Assembly (NCBI RefSeq): GCF_032191835.1
Contig: NC_083243.1
Span: forward strand, 164,424,001-164,488,000
Source of the DNA: Heteronotia binoei
Taxonomy: Eukaryota
Direction: 5' to 3'
Length of the DNA stretch: 64,000 nucleotides
The notes beneath the pieces are model-generated. The model was not told where the DNA came from. It saw only the letters and a list, made by a program, of their open reading frames with translations, and did no database searches. The position numbers and the translations under genes were made by a program. Below are positions 50,205 to 62,282 of the stretch, piece after piece (position 1 is the stretch's first letter; the number at the start of each line of letters is the position of its first letter).

Positions 50205-51617
50205 GTATTGTTTTGTTATATTGGGAATGGGTCTGGTTCTTTCTTGAAGGACTTATTAAAAAAGACATTAAAGATTCTGCTAGCTACTCCATGCATCCTA
50301 CCTAGATAAAAGTCCCACTAGCATTGCTAAAATGCGGGGCGAGGAGCCTTGTTGTATATCATCCGCATGGTGAAACCCTGTGTGGCTTTTTGCTGCTGAA
50401 GATGCAGAGGCAGCAACAACAGGGCATTAATGTGTCAGTTTCTCCCTCTCTTTCATCTCCCTACATCTGCCACCTCCATACCTACTGCACAATCATCATA
50501 GATAATGATTCCCTAATGGATTTGGCCAGATCCATTGGCTCCATTCCCATTGGCTATGGTGTACACCCCATCAGTGATTGGCCTATCAGCCACCATTCAA
50601 GAGAACCTGCATGCCATTGGCTGGGCCTACTCCTCTCTCCTGCCTGCTGTTGCCTACCCACTCTCTGATGCGTTTTGAAGAGAAAGTAGGCAACAGCAGC
50701 AGGGAAGTGGTGAAGAGACAGGGAACGAAGGTGGTAATGCGACTATGTGGCAAGGCCTCGTCCCGCTGGGAGCATTTCCTTAGAGTCCATGGTGGCCACT
50801 ACTTTCTTGTCATTCCCTCCCTCCCCTCAGCCTTGCCCCAGGACCGACAAGGATTGGCCCACTGGGGAAGCTGCTAGCCAGAAACTGATGCTAGGCAACC
50901 AAGGTTGCTTCTGTCAGTAAAGGGAGAGGTCTCAGTTGAATAGAAAGCAATTTTTTTCTCTAGGATGGGGATAGAGGTCTTCAGCCAGGAGATCTTCAGC
51001 CTCCACCTGGAGGTTGGCTACCCTAGGCTTGGCAGCACCCCCTAAGTGACTTGCTGCTATCAGGCTGGCGTGACTTAACTAGGCCTGGCTGCTTGCTCCT
51101 GTTCAGCAGCCACCCCACAATGACAGCCAGTGTGACTTAGCAGTTGCGAACTCCAGGTTGGGAAATTCCTGAAGATTTGAGGGGTGGAACCTGGATAGGG
51201 TAGGTTTGAGGTGGAGTAGGACCTCAGACAGGTACAATGCTATATATGCCACCCTCCAAACCAGCCATTTACTGCTGAGGAACTACTATTGCCAAGCTTC
51301 AGATGAGGGCTGGAGGTCACTCAGAATAACAACTGCTCTCCAGATGGCAGAGATCAGCTCCCCTGGAGGTGGGGAGGAAGTGAATGCCTTCATTTGGGTG
51401 GGTAGGAAGACAGTAAGGGTGTGGGGGACTCGACCAGAGCCTCTTCCTAGAGCCCATTATGTTTTTCCTCACAACAGGCCTTATTCCTACTAGTGTTTCT
51501 AATGCCACAACCTGCTATATCCTTTGAATTCCCATTTTTCATTTTTTAAAAAGTTACTGCAGAGATAAAAAAGGAAAGGTGCACTCTTTATATCTATGCA
51601 GCATAAAAGGGCTAGAG

Positions 51618-52605
51618 CAAGAGTTCAAACTTGTTTGTTAGGAGGGCTGGATCTGACACAAATGGGACTTTGTGGGGCCAAGCCATGTGTGTCATAAAAT
51701 GTAATGTGAGATAGCAGAGATATAAACTTTATAAAGAACACAGACAAACACAATTAAATATATTATTTTTAACTTAAAATACAAACATGCTTGAAACTCT
51801 TGCAATATTTTGTTTAAAATGGAAAGGTGGGGGAATAGGGTTGCCAATCCCCAGGTGGGGGCAGGGGATCCCCAGTTTGGAGACCCTCTCCCCCGCTTCA
51901 GGGTCGTCAGAAAGCAGGGGGAGGGGAGGGAAACTCTGCTGGGAACTCTATTATTCCCTATGGAGATTTATTCCCATAGAAAATCATGGAGAATTGATCC
52001 GCAGGTATCTGGGGCTCTGGGGGGGCTTCTCCACCCCCACCCCCCGCCCTTTGGGGTCTAAGCAGATCAGCAATGGCTCTCCAGTGTAATATCCCCCTTT
52101 GGTTGTGGGTTCCCAGGTTAGAATACTCATTAGGTCAGGTCCATTAAGTAGAGATAAGCTTGGCTCAAAGCATCAACCCTTTATTTTCAAGGACACAATT
52201 CCAGGAAGCCTGAGCTTTAGCTGTCTATATAGGAATTGGAAACAGAAAGTAGACAGTTTGGTTATGATATTGCAGCTCAGACAAAGCTACGAGGAAAATG
52301 TGGAATGGATCTTCCATTAAGGTTCCTGGGTCCTATCTACCTGGGCACAGAGACGTAAATGGAAAATCCACTCCACATTCTCCCTAAAGCTTTGATGGAG
52401 AGTCAATTCCAAATTTTCCTTGCAGCTTTGTCTGTGCTGCAGCCTGCAAAGACAAGGCAGAAAAGGCAGCAGGGAACTTTGTCAGATTTGAAGCTTCAGA
52501 CAGTGTGGGCAGGAGGGGGGGAGGGGGAGAAAAGAGTCCTGGGGGGCCTGATTAAAGCCCTTGGTGGGCCAGTTCTGGCCATGGGATGGACATTTGACAC
52601 CCCTG
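51618..52605 (+). mobile_element. hAT-Charlie-like MITE, same family as 25565-26795, with a nested TAGGGTTGCCA element from 51836
   Basis: Shared ttgttaggagggctggatctgaca body; right terminus tttgacacccctg; perfect TSD ggctagag (51610-51617 / 52606-52613). Confidence 0.85.
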
Positions 52606-53864
52606 GGCTAGAGAGTTATGTTTTAAAAGATTGTGGTAGTAGATCATTAAAACATTATTGTGTTGTAGTGATCTGGAAACTTGATGAGTAAAACATGCTT
52701 GAAAATGCTTTCTACTGGTGGTGGGAATAAAGAATAGTGGCTGTATGGAACTGATGAAGAGAAATCGTGCACTGATATGTGTTGAAACTTCAAAAATGTG
52801 CACTTTGCCATCCACACAAGATCCAAAAATATCGTAAAACCAGGTTTGGAAAAGATTACATCAAAGCAGGGAAAATGCTAGAAAGTAGACAGTTTGATTA
52901 TGATATTGTGTGGATGTTCTGAAGAACTGTCTTCCAGTTTAGATGTGAAACTGAAGCAAGATGTTGTTGTGGAAGCACCCCAGCCAAGATCTCCTGTCCT
53001 GTTTAGAGGGAATGCATTTTTGAAGACTGTGTTCAGAAATGTTATGTGTCTCAAAGAATTTGGGAAATTGTTTCAAATGTTTCCTTCTCTATATAGAAAG
53101 CTGATTGCTTTTATTTCCTTAGCTGCAGAGGCAGAATATTTGCTCCTATTTATTTCTTTGCTTTTATACTGCATTTGTTTATTTTTTGTTTGTTATTTGT
53201 TTCATTTTATTTAACCTCAATGTGTGTTGCATTGGCATTGTTTTGATTTTTATGATTTTATGTTTTTATGTCTTAATGTACTTTTATATTTCATGTATAT
53301 ACATGAACATGTAAGCCGCCTTAACATGTAAGCCACTTTATATCCCTCCCACCTGGCGGGGTGGGAGGGATATAAATCGAACAAAATACATACATAAATA
53401 TCAAAGCCTACACCTGCTCCTTGAATGATCTTGCCTGCTTTATAAGGTTCTCGTACTCTAATTGCAATAGGGTGGCTAAAGGTCCCCAAGCTAGATTTTC
53501 CAGTTTTCGAAACTGTCTGCAGTAAAAGTAGCCTCTGGCTATGTAACCCTGTTGCAAACCTGAAACCCTGTTCTGGTTTTAGGGATTCAGTTTGCAAAGG
53601 TATCTTGTGATAACGTCATTATGAATCTGATGACAGAAATTACCACATGATGGCACCAGCATACAATGAAAACCTTCCTGAGATATTAGTCACTGCTTTT
53701 CCAGTTACTCTGCTTTGAAATTAATTACACATTCAGGCAACATGTTTTTCTTATTCTGTTTAGCATGCTTGAATCTTAAAAATCCTCTGTCTGGAAGTTC
53801 CTTTGGATTGCTGAAATAATTTCAAGATCAGAGCTTGGCTTATTTTAAAATAACATCATCATAA

Positions 53865-54030
53865 GGGAGGTGGTGGGCTTTCCTTCTTTGGTGGCTAGAT
53901 GACCATCTGACAGCAATGCTGATTCTGTGAACTTAGGCAAATCATGGGAAGGCAGGAAGGGTTACATCAGTGCTTCGTTCTCAAGGCCCTTTCTTACACA
54001 CCCGGGGAAATGCTGATCTTCACTTGGGGG
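53865..54030 (+). mobile_element. 3'-UTR-like fragment of a different CR1-type element, directly abutting the long CR1
   Basis: gggaggtggtgggctttccttc...gctagatgaccatctgacagcaatgctgattctgtg resembles squamate CR1 3' ends. Confidence 0.5.
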
Positions 54031-57000
54031 ATGTATTTGATGAGCCCCACTCTGAACGTGGCAGCCCCTTTGCTGCCAGGGAGCATGAGGGTCGAGAGGG
54101 AACAGGGCACCGTGCTGAGGATAAGGAGAATGCGCCCTCAGAAGGGACCTCTTCTTCAGTTGGTGAGCGGGTATCCTTTTGCACCAAGGAACCATCCCTG
54201 GGCAGGGAGAGATGGGGGGGTCTTGGTAGTTGGTGATTCAATCCTTAGGCAAGTAGACAGCTGGGTGGAAAAAAACGTACTGACCGAATGGTGACTTGCC
54301 TGCCTGATGCAAAGGTAGCAGACATTACACATGTAGTAGATAGGCTGATAGACAGTGCTGGGGAGGAGCCAGGGGTCGTGGTGCATGTTGGCACCAACGA
54401 TGTGGGGAAATGCAGTCGTGAGGTCCTGGAGGAAAAATTTAGGCTGCTAGGCGGGAGACTTAAGGCCAGGACCTCCAAGGTAGCCTTCTCAGAAGTGCTA
54501 CCTGTTCCACGTGCAGGGCTGGAGAGACAGGCACAAATTAGAAGTCTCAATGTGTGGATGAGACGATGGTGTAGGGAGGAAGGATTTAATTTTGTTAGGC
54601 ACTGGGATGCTGTCTGGAACAAGCGGGAGCTGTACAAAAGAGACGGTCTCCACTTGTCCCCAGATGGAACCAAGCTACTGGCACTTAAAATCAAAAAGAT
54701 GGCAGAGCAGTTCTTAAACTAAATCTTGGGGGAAAGCCGACAGGAGATGAAATGAATCTGGTTCGGGAGGACTCATCTCAAAGAGATGAAGGGTTACCTG
54801 TTACTTTTCTACTGAGTATTGGATGAGAGTTGTCCACTGAGATGGTGACAAACAGTATGGAATGTCTGCCAAAGTCTCGAGGCAGCAGGAGGAAGGTTGC
54901 GGGCCTAACTTGCCTGGGAAAGTATAGATGTTTGTATACAAATGCTAAAAGTGTTCGAAGTAAAATTGGTGAGTTGGAATGTTTAGTGTTGGGGGAAAAC
55001 ATAGACATTGTGGGAATTTCAAAAACTTGGTGGAATGAGGAGAATCAGTGGGATGCGGTGACTCCGGGATATAAGTTATATCGGAAGGATAGGGAGGGAA
55101 GGGTTGGAGGTGGGGTGGCTCTGTATGTCAGAGAGGGTATACAGTCCAGTAAGACTGAGGTCAAAGAATTAGATTTCCTTCTAGAAATGCTTTGGGTCAA
55201 AATAGAGGGCCCAAAAGGAAATTTAACTATGGGAGTTATCGCCCACCAAATCAAAAGATAGAGGACGATTATAATATGATGGAAGGATTAAAGATAGCTG
55301 CTAAATGTAAAAACTGTGTCGTAATAGCTAATTTTAATTACCCACAGATTGATTGGGTCAATATGTGTTCAGGTCGAGAGAAAGAGATTGAGTTTCTAGG
55401 TGCTCTCAATGACTGTGCTATGGAGCAGATGGTCACAGAACCTACCAGGGGTGGGGCGATCCTGGATTTGGTCCTAAGTAATGCCCAAGACTTGGTGAGA
55501 GATGTAAAAGTGATCGCACCACTTGGGAGCAGTGACCATAACATTATTGATTTCACCATTTGTATAAATAGGGAGTTGCCCCAAAAGACCAGCACAACCA
55601 TGTTTAACTTTAAAAGGGGTAAATTCTCTGAAATGAGAAGGTATGTGAAGAGGAAACTGAAAGGAAAGGTAAATACAGTCAAAACCCTTGGGGAAGCTTG
55701 GAGGCTATTTAAAACTACAATCCTAGAAGCTCAGATAAAATATATACCACAAGTTAGGAAAGGCACAAACAGGTATAAGAAAAGGCCTGCATGGTTAACA
55801 AACAAAGTAATGGAAGCTGTAAAAGGTAAGAAGGATTCCTTTAAGTGGTGGAAAGCTAGTCCGTCAGATTAATAAAAGGGAACACAGGCTGTGGCAAATC
55901 AAATGCAAGACTGTGATCAGGCAGGCAAAAAGGGACTATGAGGAGCATATTGCAAAAAGCATAAAGACCAACAATAAAAATTCCTTCAAATATATTAGAA
56001 GCAGGAAACCAGACAGGGAGGCAGTGAGGCCCTTGGATGACCAAGGGGTAAAAGGATTACTGAAGGGGGATAGGGAAATGGCTGAGAAGCTGAATGCATT
56101 TTTTGCCTCCATCTTCACTGTGGAAGACGAGAAGTGTTTGCCTGCTCCAGAACCACTTATATTGGAAGGGGAGTTGAAAGACCTGAGTCAGATTGAGGTG
56201 ACAAGAGAGGAGGTCCTACAACTGATAGACAAATTAAAAACTAATAAGTCACTAGGTCCGGATGGCATACATCCAAGAGTTCTGAAAGAACTCAAAGTTG
56301 AACTTGTGGATCTTCTGACAAAAATATGTAATCTTTCATTGAAATCTGCCTCTGTTCCTGAGGACTGGAAGGTAGCAAACGTCACCCCCATCTTTAAAAA
56401 GGGTTCCAGAGGAGATCCGGGAAACTACAGGCCAGTCAGTCTGACTTCAATACTGGGAAAGTTGGTAGAAACCATTATCAAGGACAGAATGAGTAGGCAC
56501 ATTGATGAACACGAGTTATTGAGGAAGACTCAGCTTGGGTTTTGTAAGGGAAGATCTTGCCTCACTAACCTCTTACAGTTCTTTGAGGGGGTGAACAAAC
56601 ATATGGACAAAGGGGACCCGATAGATATTGTTTACCTTGACTTCCAGAAAGCTTTTGATAAAGTTCCTCAACAAAGGCTCCTTAGTAAGCTCAAGAGTCA
56701 TGGAGTAAAAGGAGGGGGCCTCTTGTGGATCAAAAACTGGCTAATTAACAGGAAGCAGAGAGTGAGTATAAATGGACAGTCTTCACAGCGGAGGACGGTA
56801 AGCAGTGGGGTGCCGCAGGGCTCAGTACTGGGTCCCATGCTCTTTAATTCATTCATAAATGATTTGGAGTTGAGAGTAAGCAGTGAAGTGGCCAGGTTTG
56901 CAGATGACACTAAATTGTTCAGGGTTGTGAGAACCAGAGCGGATTGTGAGGCACTCCAAAGGGATATGTTGAGGCTGGGTGAGTGGGCATCAACGTGGCA

Positions 57001-57845
57001 GATGAGGTTCAATGTGGCCAAGTGCAAAGTAATGTACATTGAGGCCAAGAATCCCAGCTACAAATACAAGTTGATGTGATGTGAACTGGCAGAGACTGAC
57101 CAAGATAGAGGTCTTGGGGTCGTGGTAAATAACTCACTGAAAATGTCAAGACAGTGTGTGATTGCAATAAAAAAGGCCACCGCCATGCTGGGAATTATTA
57201 GAAAGGGAATTGAAAACAAATCAGCCAATATCATAATGCTCCTGTATAAATCGATGGTGCAGTCTCATTTGGAATACTGTGTACAATTCTGGTCACCGTA
57301 CCTCAAAAAGGATATTATAGCATTGGAAAAAGTGCAGAAAAGGGCAACTACAATGATTAAAGGTTTGTAACACTTTCCCTATGAAGAAAGGTTAAAACGC
57401 TTGGGGCTCTTTAGCTTGGAGAAATGTCGACTGCGGGGTGACATGATCGAGGTTTACAAGATTATGCATCGGATGGAGAAAGTAGAGAAAGAAGTCCTTT
57501 TCTCCCTTTCTCACAATACAAGAACTCGTGGGCATTCGATGGAATTGCTGAGCAGTCAGGTTAAAACGGATAAAAGGAAGTACTTCTTCACCCAAAGAGT
57601 GATTAACATATGGAATTCACTGCCATAGGAGGTGATGGTGGCTACTAGCTTAGCCAGCTTTAAGAGGGGATTGGATAAAAATATGGAGCAGAGGCCCATC
57701 AGTGGCTATTAACCACAGTATATATATATATGTGTGTGTGTGTGTGTATGCACACATACATATATATTGGCCACTGTGTGACACAGAGTGTTGGACTGGA
57801 TGGGCCATTGTCCTGATCCAACATGGCTTCTCTTATGTTCTTATA
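54020..57845 (+). mobile_element. CR1 LINE, 5'-truncated: ORF1 (SGNH/GDSL esterase domain) plus disrupted ORF2 (endonuclease + RT)
   Basis: VVGDSILR...VVHVGTNDVG (ORF1); CLYTNAKS, NYRPVSLTS, YLDFQKAFDKV, GVPQGSVLGP, FADDTKL (ORF2); CR1 3' end ...cctgatccaacatggcttctcttatgttcttat; several frameshifts. Confidence 0.93.
57719..57767. repeat. (TA)n(TG)n microsatellite inside the CR1 3' UTR
   Basis: Direct reading. Confidence 0.9.
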
Positions 57846-58204
57846 ACTCTTTGATTCTAAGTGTTTACATAAGGTTTCTTCTGAAATGATCTGTTTAAAT
57901 AGTGCCTTTTGAGATTCTTATACTAGAAGTCACTGTGAATGTGACTGTGAAGGCTATGAAGAATTTAGTTCATGGACAAACAGCCAGAACAAAGCAAAAA
58001 TCTGTAATCTTGACTCATTTGATTTATTTCTGCAAGCAAGCCTTGTGAACAGGAATGCTTTACAAAATCTGGAGATGATCTAGTAACATGGAGCTAGGAT
58101 AACTTGGTTTGTTCTGATAGGTGTTTTAATCGCTTGATATCTGTTTGTTGATGCATAGTTGCCCCCTACTCATTATTGTTATATTGTTATATTATTGTTA
58201 TTGT

Positions 58205-58318
58205 CGGAGCTTTTTTGTGGAAAAAGCCCAGCAGGAACTTATTTGCATATTAGGTCGCACCCCTGGCACCAAGCCAGGCTGAAATTCATTCCTGTGTTCC
58301 TGCTCAAAAAAAGCTCTG
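58205..58318 (+). mobile_element. hAT MITE, CAGGGCTTTTT family
   Basis: Termini cggagctttttt / aaaaaagctctg; perfect 8-bp TSD gttattgt (58197-58204 / 58319-58326). Confidence 0.85.
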
Positions 58319-58506
58319 GTTATTGTTATATTATTTGTTGCATTTGTCTTTTAGAGACCGCACAATCCTGCTGAGCATCCAGCAACAACTGTATAGATTT
58401 ATAGGACAATGCTTATGAGCACAGCTCTTCTCTTCCTTTCTCACTTCCAATGTATTGTGTAATTGACTGTCATGACTATTGAGAGAAGTGTTCTTGCCTT
58501 TTACAG

Positions 58507-58650
58507 CAGAGGCTGCTGGGCACTTGGGTGCTGTGCTAGCTGCATTCATCATCCTGACATTATTGATACTAATGAGCGTGACATATGTGAAGTGTCGTCT
58601 GAATGTGCTGCTGTGGTACAGGAACCGTTATGGCGATCTGGAGATTAATG
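58507..58650 (+). CDS. SIGIRR: SIGIRR transmembrane exon: AEAAGHLGAVLAAFIILTLLILMSVTYVKCRLNVLLWYRNRYGDLEIN
   Basis: Acceptor ccttttacag|c, donor aatg|gtaatc; hydrophobic helix followed by the SIGIRR-diagnostic YVKCRLNVLLWY. Confidence 0.95.
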
Positions 58651-58704
58651 GTAATCCCTTGGAATGAGGTGTGGGTTACTGGCCCTTTTCCCCTTGGTTA
58701 AGAG

Positions 58705-58806
58705 CAGGGCTTTTTTGGTAGAAAAAGCCCAACAGGAACTCATTTGCCTATTAGGTCACACCCCCTGTCACCAGCCAGAACTGTGTTCCTGCTATAAAAA
58801 GCCCTG
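58705..58806 (+). mobile_element. hAT MITE, CAGGGCTTTTT family
   Basis: TIR cagggcttttt / aaaaagccctg; same internal sequence as 12424-12531; TSD not preserved. Confidence 0.75.
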
Positions 58807-59320
58807 GTTGTTTTATGCTGTGGGAAGTGGTTGAGGGGATTTGCATGATGAAATCTTGGCACTGTCGGCAAAGTGGTCTATGATAGCATCTCACAAAGGA
58901 AAATTGTATGATGGTAGAACTAAAGTGAAATTACTGTCTTCCTGCCTTAACTGAACATCCAAGCATTCAGTATCAGCGAGGGGGAAGGCTCCCCCCCCCC
59001 TTTTTGTGGTGCTTATGGCAATGTAGCAGTGCAAACTTAAATAGCTACACCCTTGTAAATCCATTGATTTTGGTTAACTTAGAAGGATGCAACTTCGCTT
59101 AGGATTGTGCTGTAGCTTTTGCCGAGCTTGTCATTCACTTGCATGGGATTTACCTCCGAGGAGAGTCCAAGATAAAATTGCAGAGTCAGTCTTGCCCTAG
59201 CTGGGAAATTCTACAGGAGATACACTCTCAGTGTTATGGTTGGTCTGCACTGGAAAGAAATAATGATCTCATGACATGAACTGTATTTCCACTTTTCTCC
59301 TCTCTGTACTTTTCCCACAG

Positions 59321-59464
59321 ATGGCAAGCTCTATGATGCCTATGTGTCTTACGCTAACTCAACAGATGACAGAAAATTTGTGAACTTCATAATGAAACCA
59401 CAGCTGGAAAATCGTTATGGTTACAAACTCTTCCTAGATGATAAAGATATCCTTCCCAACTCAG
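59321..59464 (+). CDS. SIGIRR: SIGIRR TIR exon (box 1): [48 protein letters not shown]
   Basis: Acceptor tttcccacag|a, donor tcag|gtagag; [14 protein letters not shown] box 1 and GYKLFLDD motif. Confidence 0.96.
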
Positions 59465-59812
59465 GTAGAGAACTGGTCCAACACCCTCTTTAGTGTTTAC
59501 CTGTTGCAAACAACTTTGCTATTGAACTCTACAGATAGGAATTGATTAGTTAACTGAGCACCTTGATACCACTAGTTTAACTCAAATGGGATTGTTTATG
59601 TTGGTTTACTTGTAATGGGGTAATTCAACATTGAGGGACAAACTAGGCAAGCCCCCATGAAATGCATGATGAGATCCCCTGTGGCTAATGGAGGTTTTAC
59701 AGCACAAAGCAGCAGAAGGGACAGCAGTGGCAATCATATTAAGATTAGGAATGTGGTACAGCAGGAAGTGCTGCTTGTTGCAGTTGGCCCATGGGATGGA
59801 GCATATTAACAC

Positions 59813-60195
59813 TGGAGCTAGTTTGGTATAGTGGTTAAGTGCGCCGACTCTAATCTGGGAGAACTGGGTTTGATTCCCCACTCCTCCACCTGCACCTGCT
59901 GGTATGACCTCGGGCCAATCATAACTCTCTCAGAGCTATTCCTCTCAAAAGCAGTCCTTGAAGAGCTTTCTCAGCCCCACCTATCTCATATGGTGTCTGT
60001 TGTGGGGAGGGGAAGGGAAAGGAGATTGTAAGATGCACTCAGAGCTATTCCTCTCAAAAGCAGTCCTTGAAGAGCTTTCTCAGCCCCACCTACCTCATAT
60101 GGTGTCTGTTGTGGGGAGGGGAAGGGAAAGGAGATTGTAAGATGCACTGATACTTTGAGTGAAGGGCAGGGTATAACTCCAATCTCCTCTTCTTG
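59813..60195 (+). mobile_element. tRNA-derived SINE (Squam3-like) with an internal 109-bp tandem duplication
   Basis: Head tagtggttaag...gggtttgattcccc; the unit starting at 59929 is repeated from 60038. Confidence 0.85.
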
Positions 60196-61200
60196 ATGTA
60201 TATAGTTTTTCTATATGGAGAACTATCAGCTGGGGAGGGCTCTAAATCAGGAAAGTGGTGCAGAGAGAGTATAAAGCTCCTTTGTCCCATTGCCATGATT
60301 TTGATCTGATTCCCTCTCCTAATCACATATAGTTGCTGTTAGCTGCTTTTTTTTTGTGAGAGTCTGCTCATTGATTTCCCATTTATCATCTAGTTAGATC
60401 CTAGCCATGTATACTTGGACTATTCTGTGGACTGGTTGGTCTATCTAATTTTTTTTCTTTAATATTTTCCCCCCGGAAGTATTCAGGGCTTGTGTATGCA
60501 GTAGAACTCAAATAGCTGTAGACATAGCAAATTGCCCCTACACTCAGTGTGCCCCCATTCACATTCTTATGTACTCTTACTTTGGAATGTATGCATCCAA
60601 CAGACAACACACACACACACAAATCCTGCACTACCCTGATGATAGGAGGAGTGGGAGGGAGGAAGCACATGCAGGGAGGAGCTGGGACCGTACTTATGGA
60701 GGGTGCTACTCATTCAAGAAAATGGCAGCTGTAATGCAAAAAGAGTATTCTCCAAGTACTTTATCCCCTTTCTGAAGATGCACTTTGAAAAGGGTCAAAC
60801 CTGATACGCCATTTATCAGATAGCAGCTGAGAAAAAGTACATTTGAGCTGTGATTGCTATGCCAAGAAACACAGTTCATCTTATAAACAAAACCTCATCT
60901 TTTGACTGTGCTCTGAAGAATAAAATGAAGATGCGCCTAATGTTTGGTTTCTTCCTGAAACCACTGGCACCCATTTTATCCAAAGCAAATAGTGTCATTT
61001 GAAGGAACATTAAACACTATAGAGAATTGGGTGGCATTGAGGAATTGACTCCTTTCTTCAGGGCATCTGTTTGGAACTGATGCAATTTTTGTTGTTAGGA
61101 TGATTCTTTCCAGTACAGAAGGTGGGTGAGAGCTGAAGTAGTGGTAGGCTAACATTGGGCCTTTACCGAAAAGAGATTCAACTTTCTGTCTTTTCCCCAG

Positions 61201-61303
61201 AGCCTTCTGCAGATCTGATAATGAATGTCAGCCGGTGTCGTCGCCTCATTGTCGTTCTTTCTAATGCTTACCTGGAACAGGAATGGTGCAACAGTAATTT
61301 CAG
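61201..61303 (+). CDS. SIGIRR: SIGIRR TIR exon: [34 protein letters not shown](R)
   Basis: Acceptor ttttccccag|a, donor tcag|gtaaga; EPSADL...[11 protein letters not shown] is a SIGIRR signature. Confidence 0.96.
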
Positions 61304-61665
61304 GTAAGAGAGACAATTGGTTGCTGTTTTGTTGAATCTTCTTGGGCAGCTTTCATTATAGTGGCAGGGTCTTGTCAGCTAAACTAGTGCAGTTGATATC
61401 CACAGTGTCAAAAAATTCATAGATGTCTGGAAGTGAAGTATAGAAGTCATGAGTTTTTAATCTCTTAAACCTTCTGACGTTCAACCAAATGGGTTGAATG
61501 CCATTACAATTAGTGAAACATTTGAATGAATTCTTGAGGTGCCTGGATCATATGCAAAGCCTCTCCTGCAGTTTGGTTGGATGCTGAGGAGTTCCACTAC
61601 TGCCTGAGTGAAGTAAATTTTCCTATAACTCTTTAAACTACTAGTTTTTCTTTTTTCATTTCCAG

Positions 61666-61816
61666 GGAAGGTCTGTGGAGACTGTTGGAACTGTCTCAGA
61701 GGCCAATCTTTGTTGCCTTCGAGAGCCAGTACCGGGAAATAGCACATCCAGCCATTGATTTGCTGAAGCAGCACAAGAACACGGTGACTCTGCTGATATG
61801 GTGTGCTGGTTCCATG
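61666..61816 (+). CDS. SIGIRR: SIGIRR TIR exon: [51 protein letters not shown]; the remaining exons lie beyond the window
   Basis: Acceptor tttcatttccag|g, donor catg|gtaaat; phase 2 to phase 0; REGLxRLLEL..RPIF..FE..HPA..LL.QH motif. Confidence 0.95.
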
Positions 61817-62240
61817 GTAAATTGTGGGCTGCAAGCCTGTGACTTCTCTGTCTCATTTCCTTTTCTCAGCAGCAAAGTAATATTTGAAACTGTTCAAGAA
61901 TCATAGAACTATAGAGCCATCTTGTTTTTGGATGAAGGCCCCTATGCAATTTCTTGACCTAGCAATGCATGCAGTAATGACATTCTTCTTTTTGGAGTGC
62001 AGAGAAGAGAGATCACATGATTGCTACATTTGTTAATTATAGGCTGAATGTGAAAACTGGTCAGAGTGTGTCTTAGGGGATATGAAAATGGTATTTCTCT
62101 GCCTAGTTGAGAGCTTAGTGGCATCTGCTCCTGAGGCTGTTGTGTGGAGACCACTGGCAAGTGTGAACTGTGCCTCTGATGCTGAAAATGTGGAGAGGAA
62201 AGTAAGATTGACTTGTAATGCCCTAGATTTTTTTTAAAGC

Positions 62241-62243
62241 CGC

Positions 62244-62279
<36 letters not shown>
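62241..62279. repeat. (CG)3(TG)n microsatellite
   Basis: Direct reading. Confidence 0.95.
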
Positions 62280-62282
<3 letters not shown>

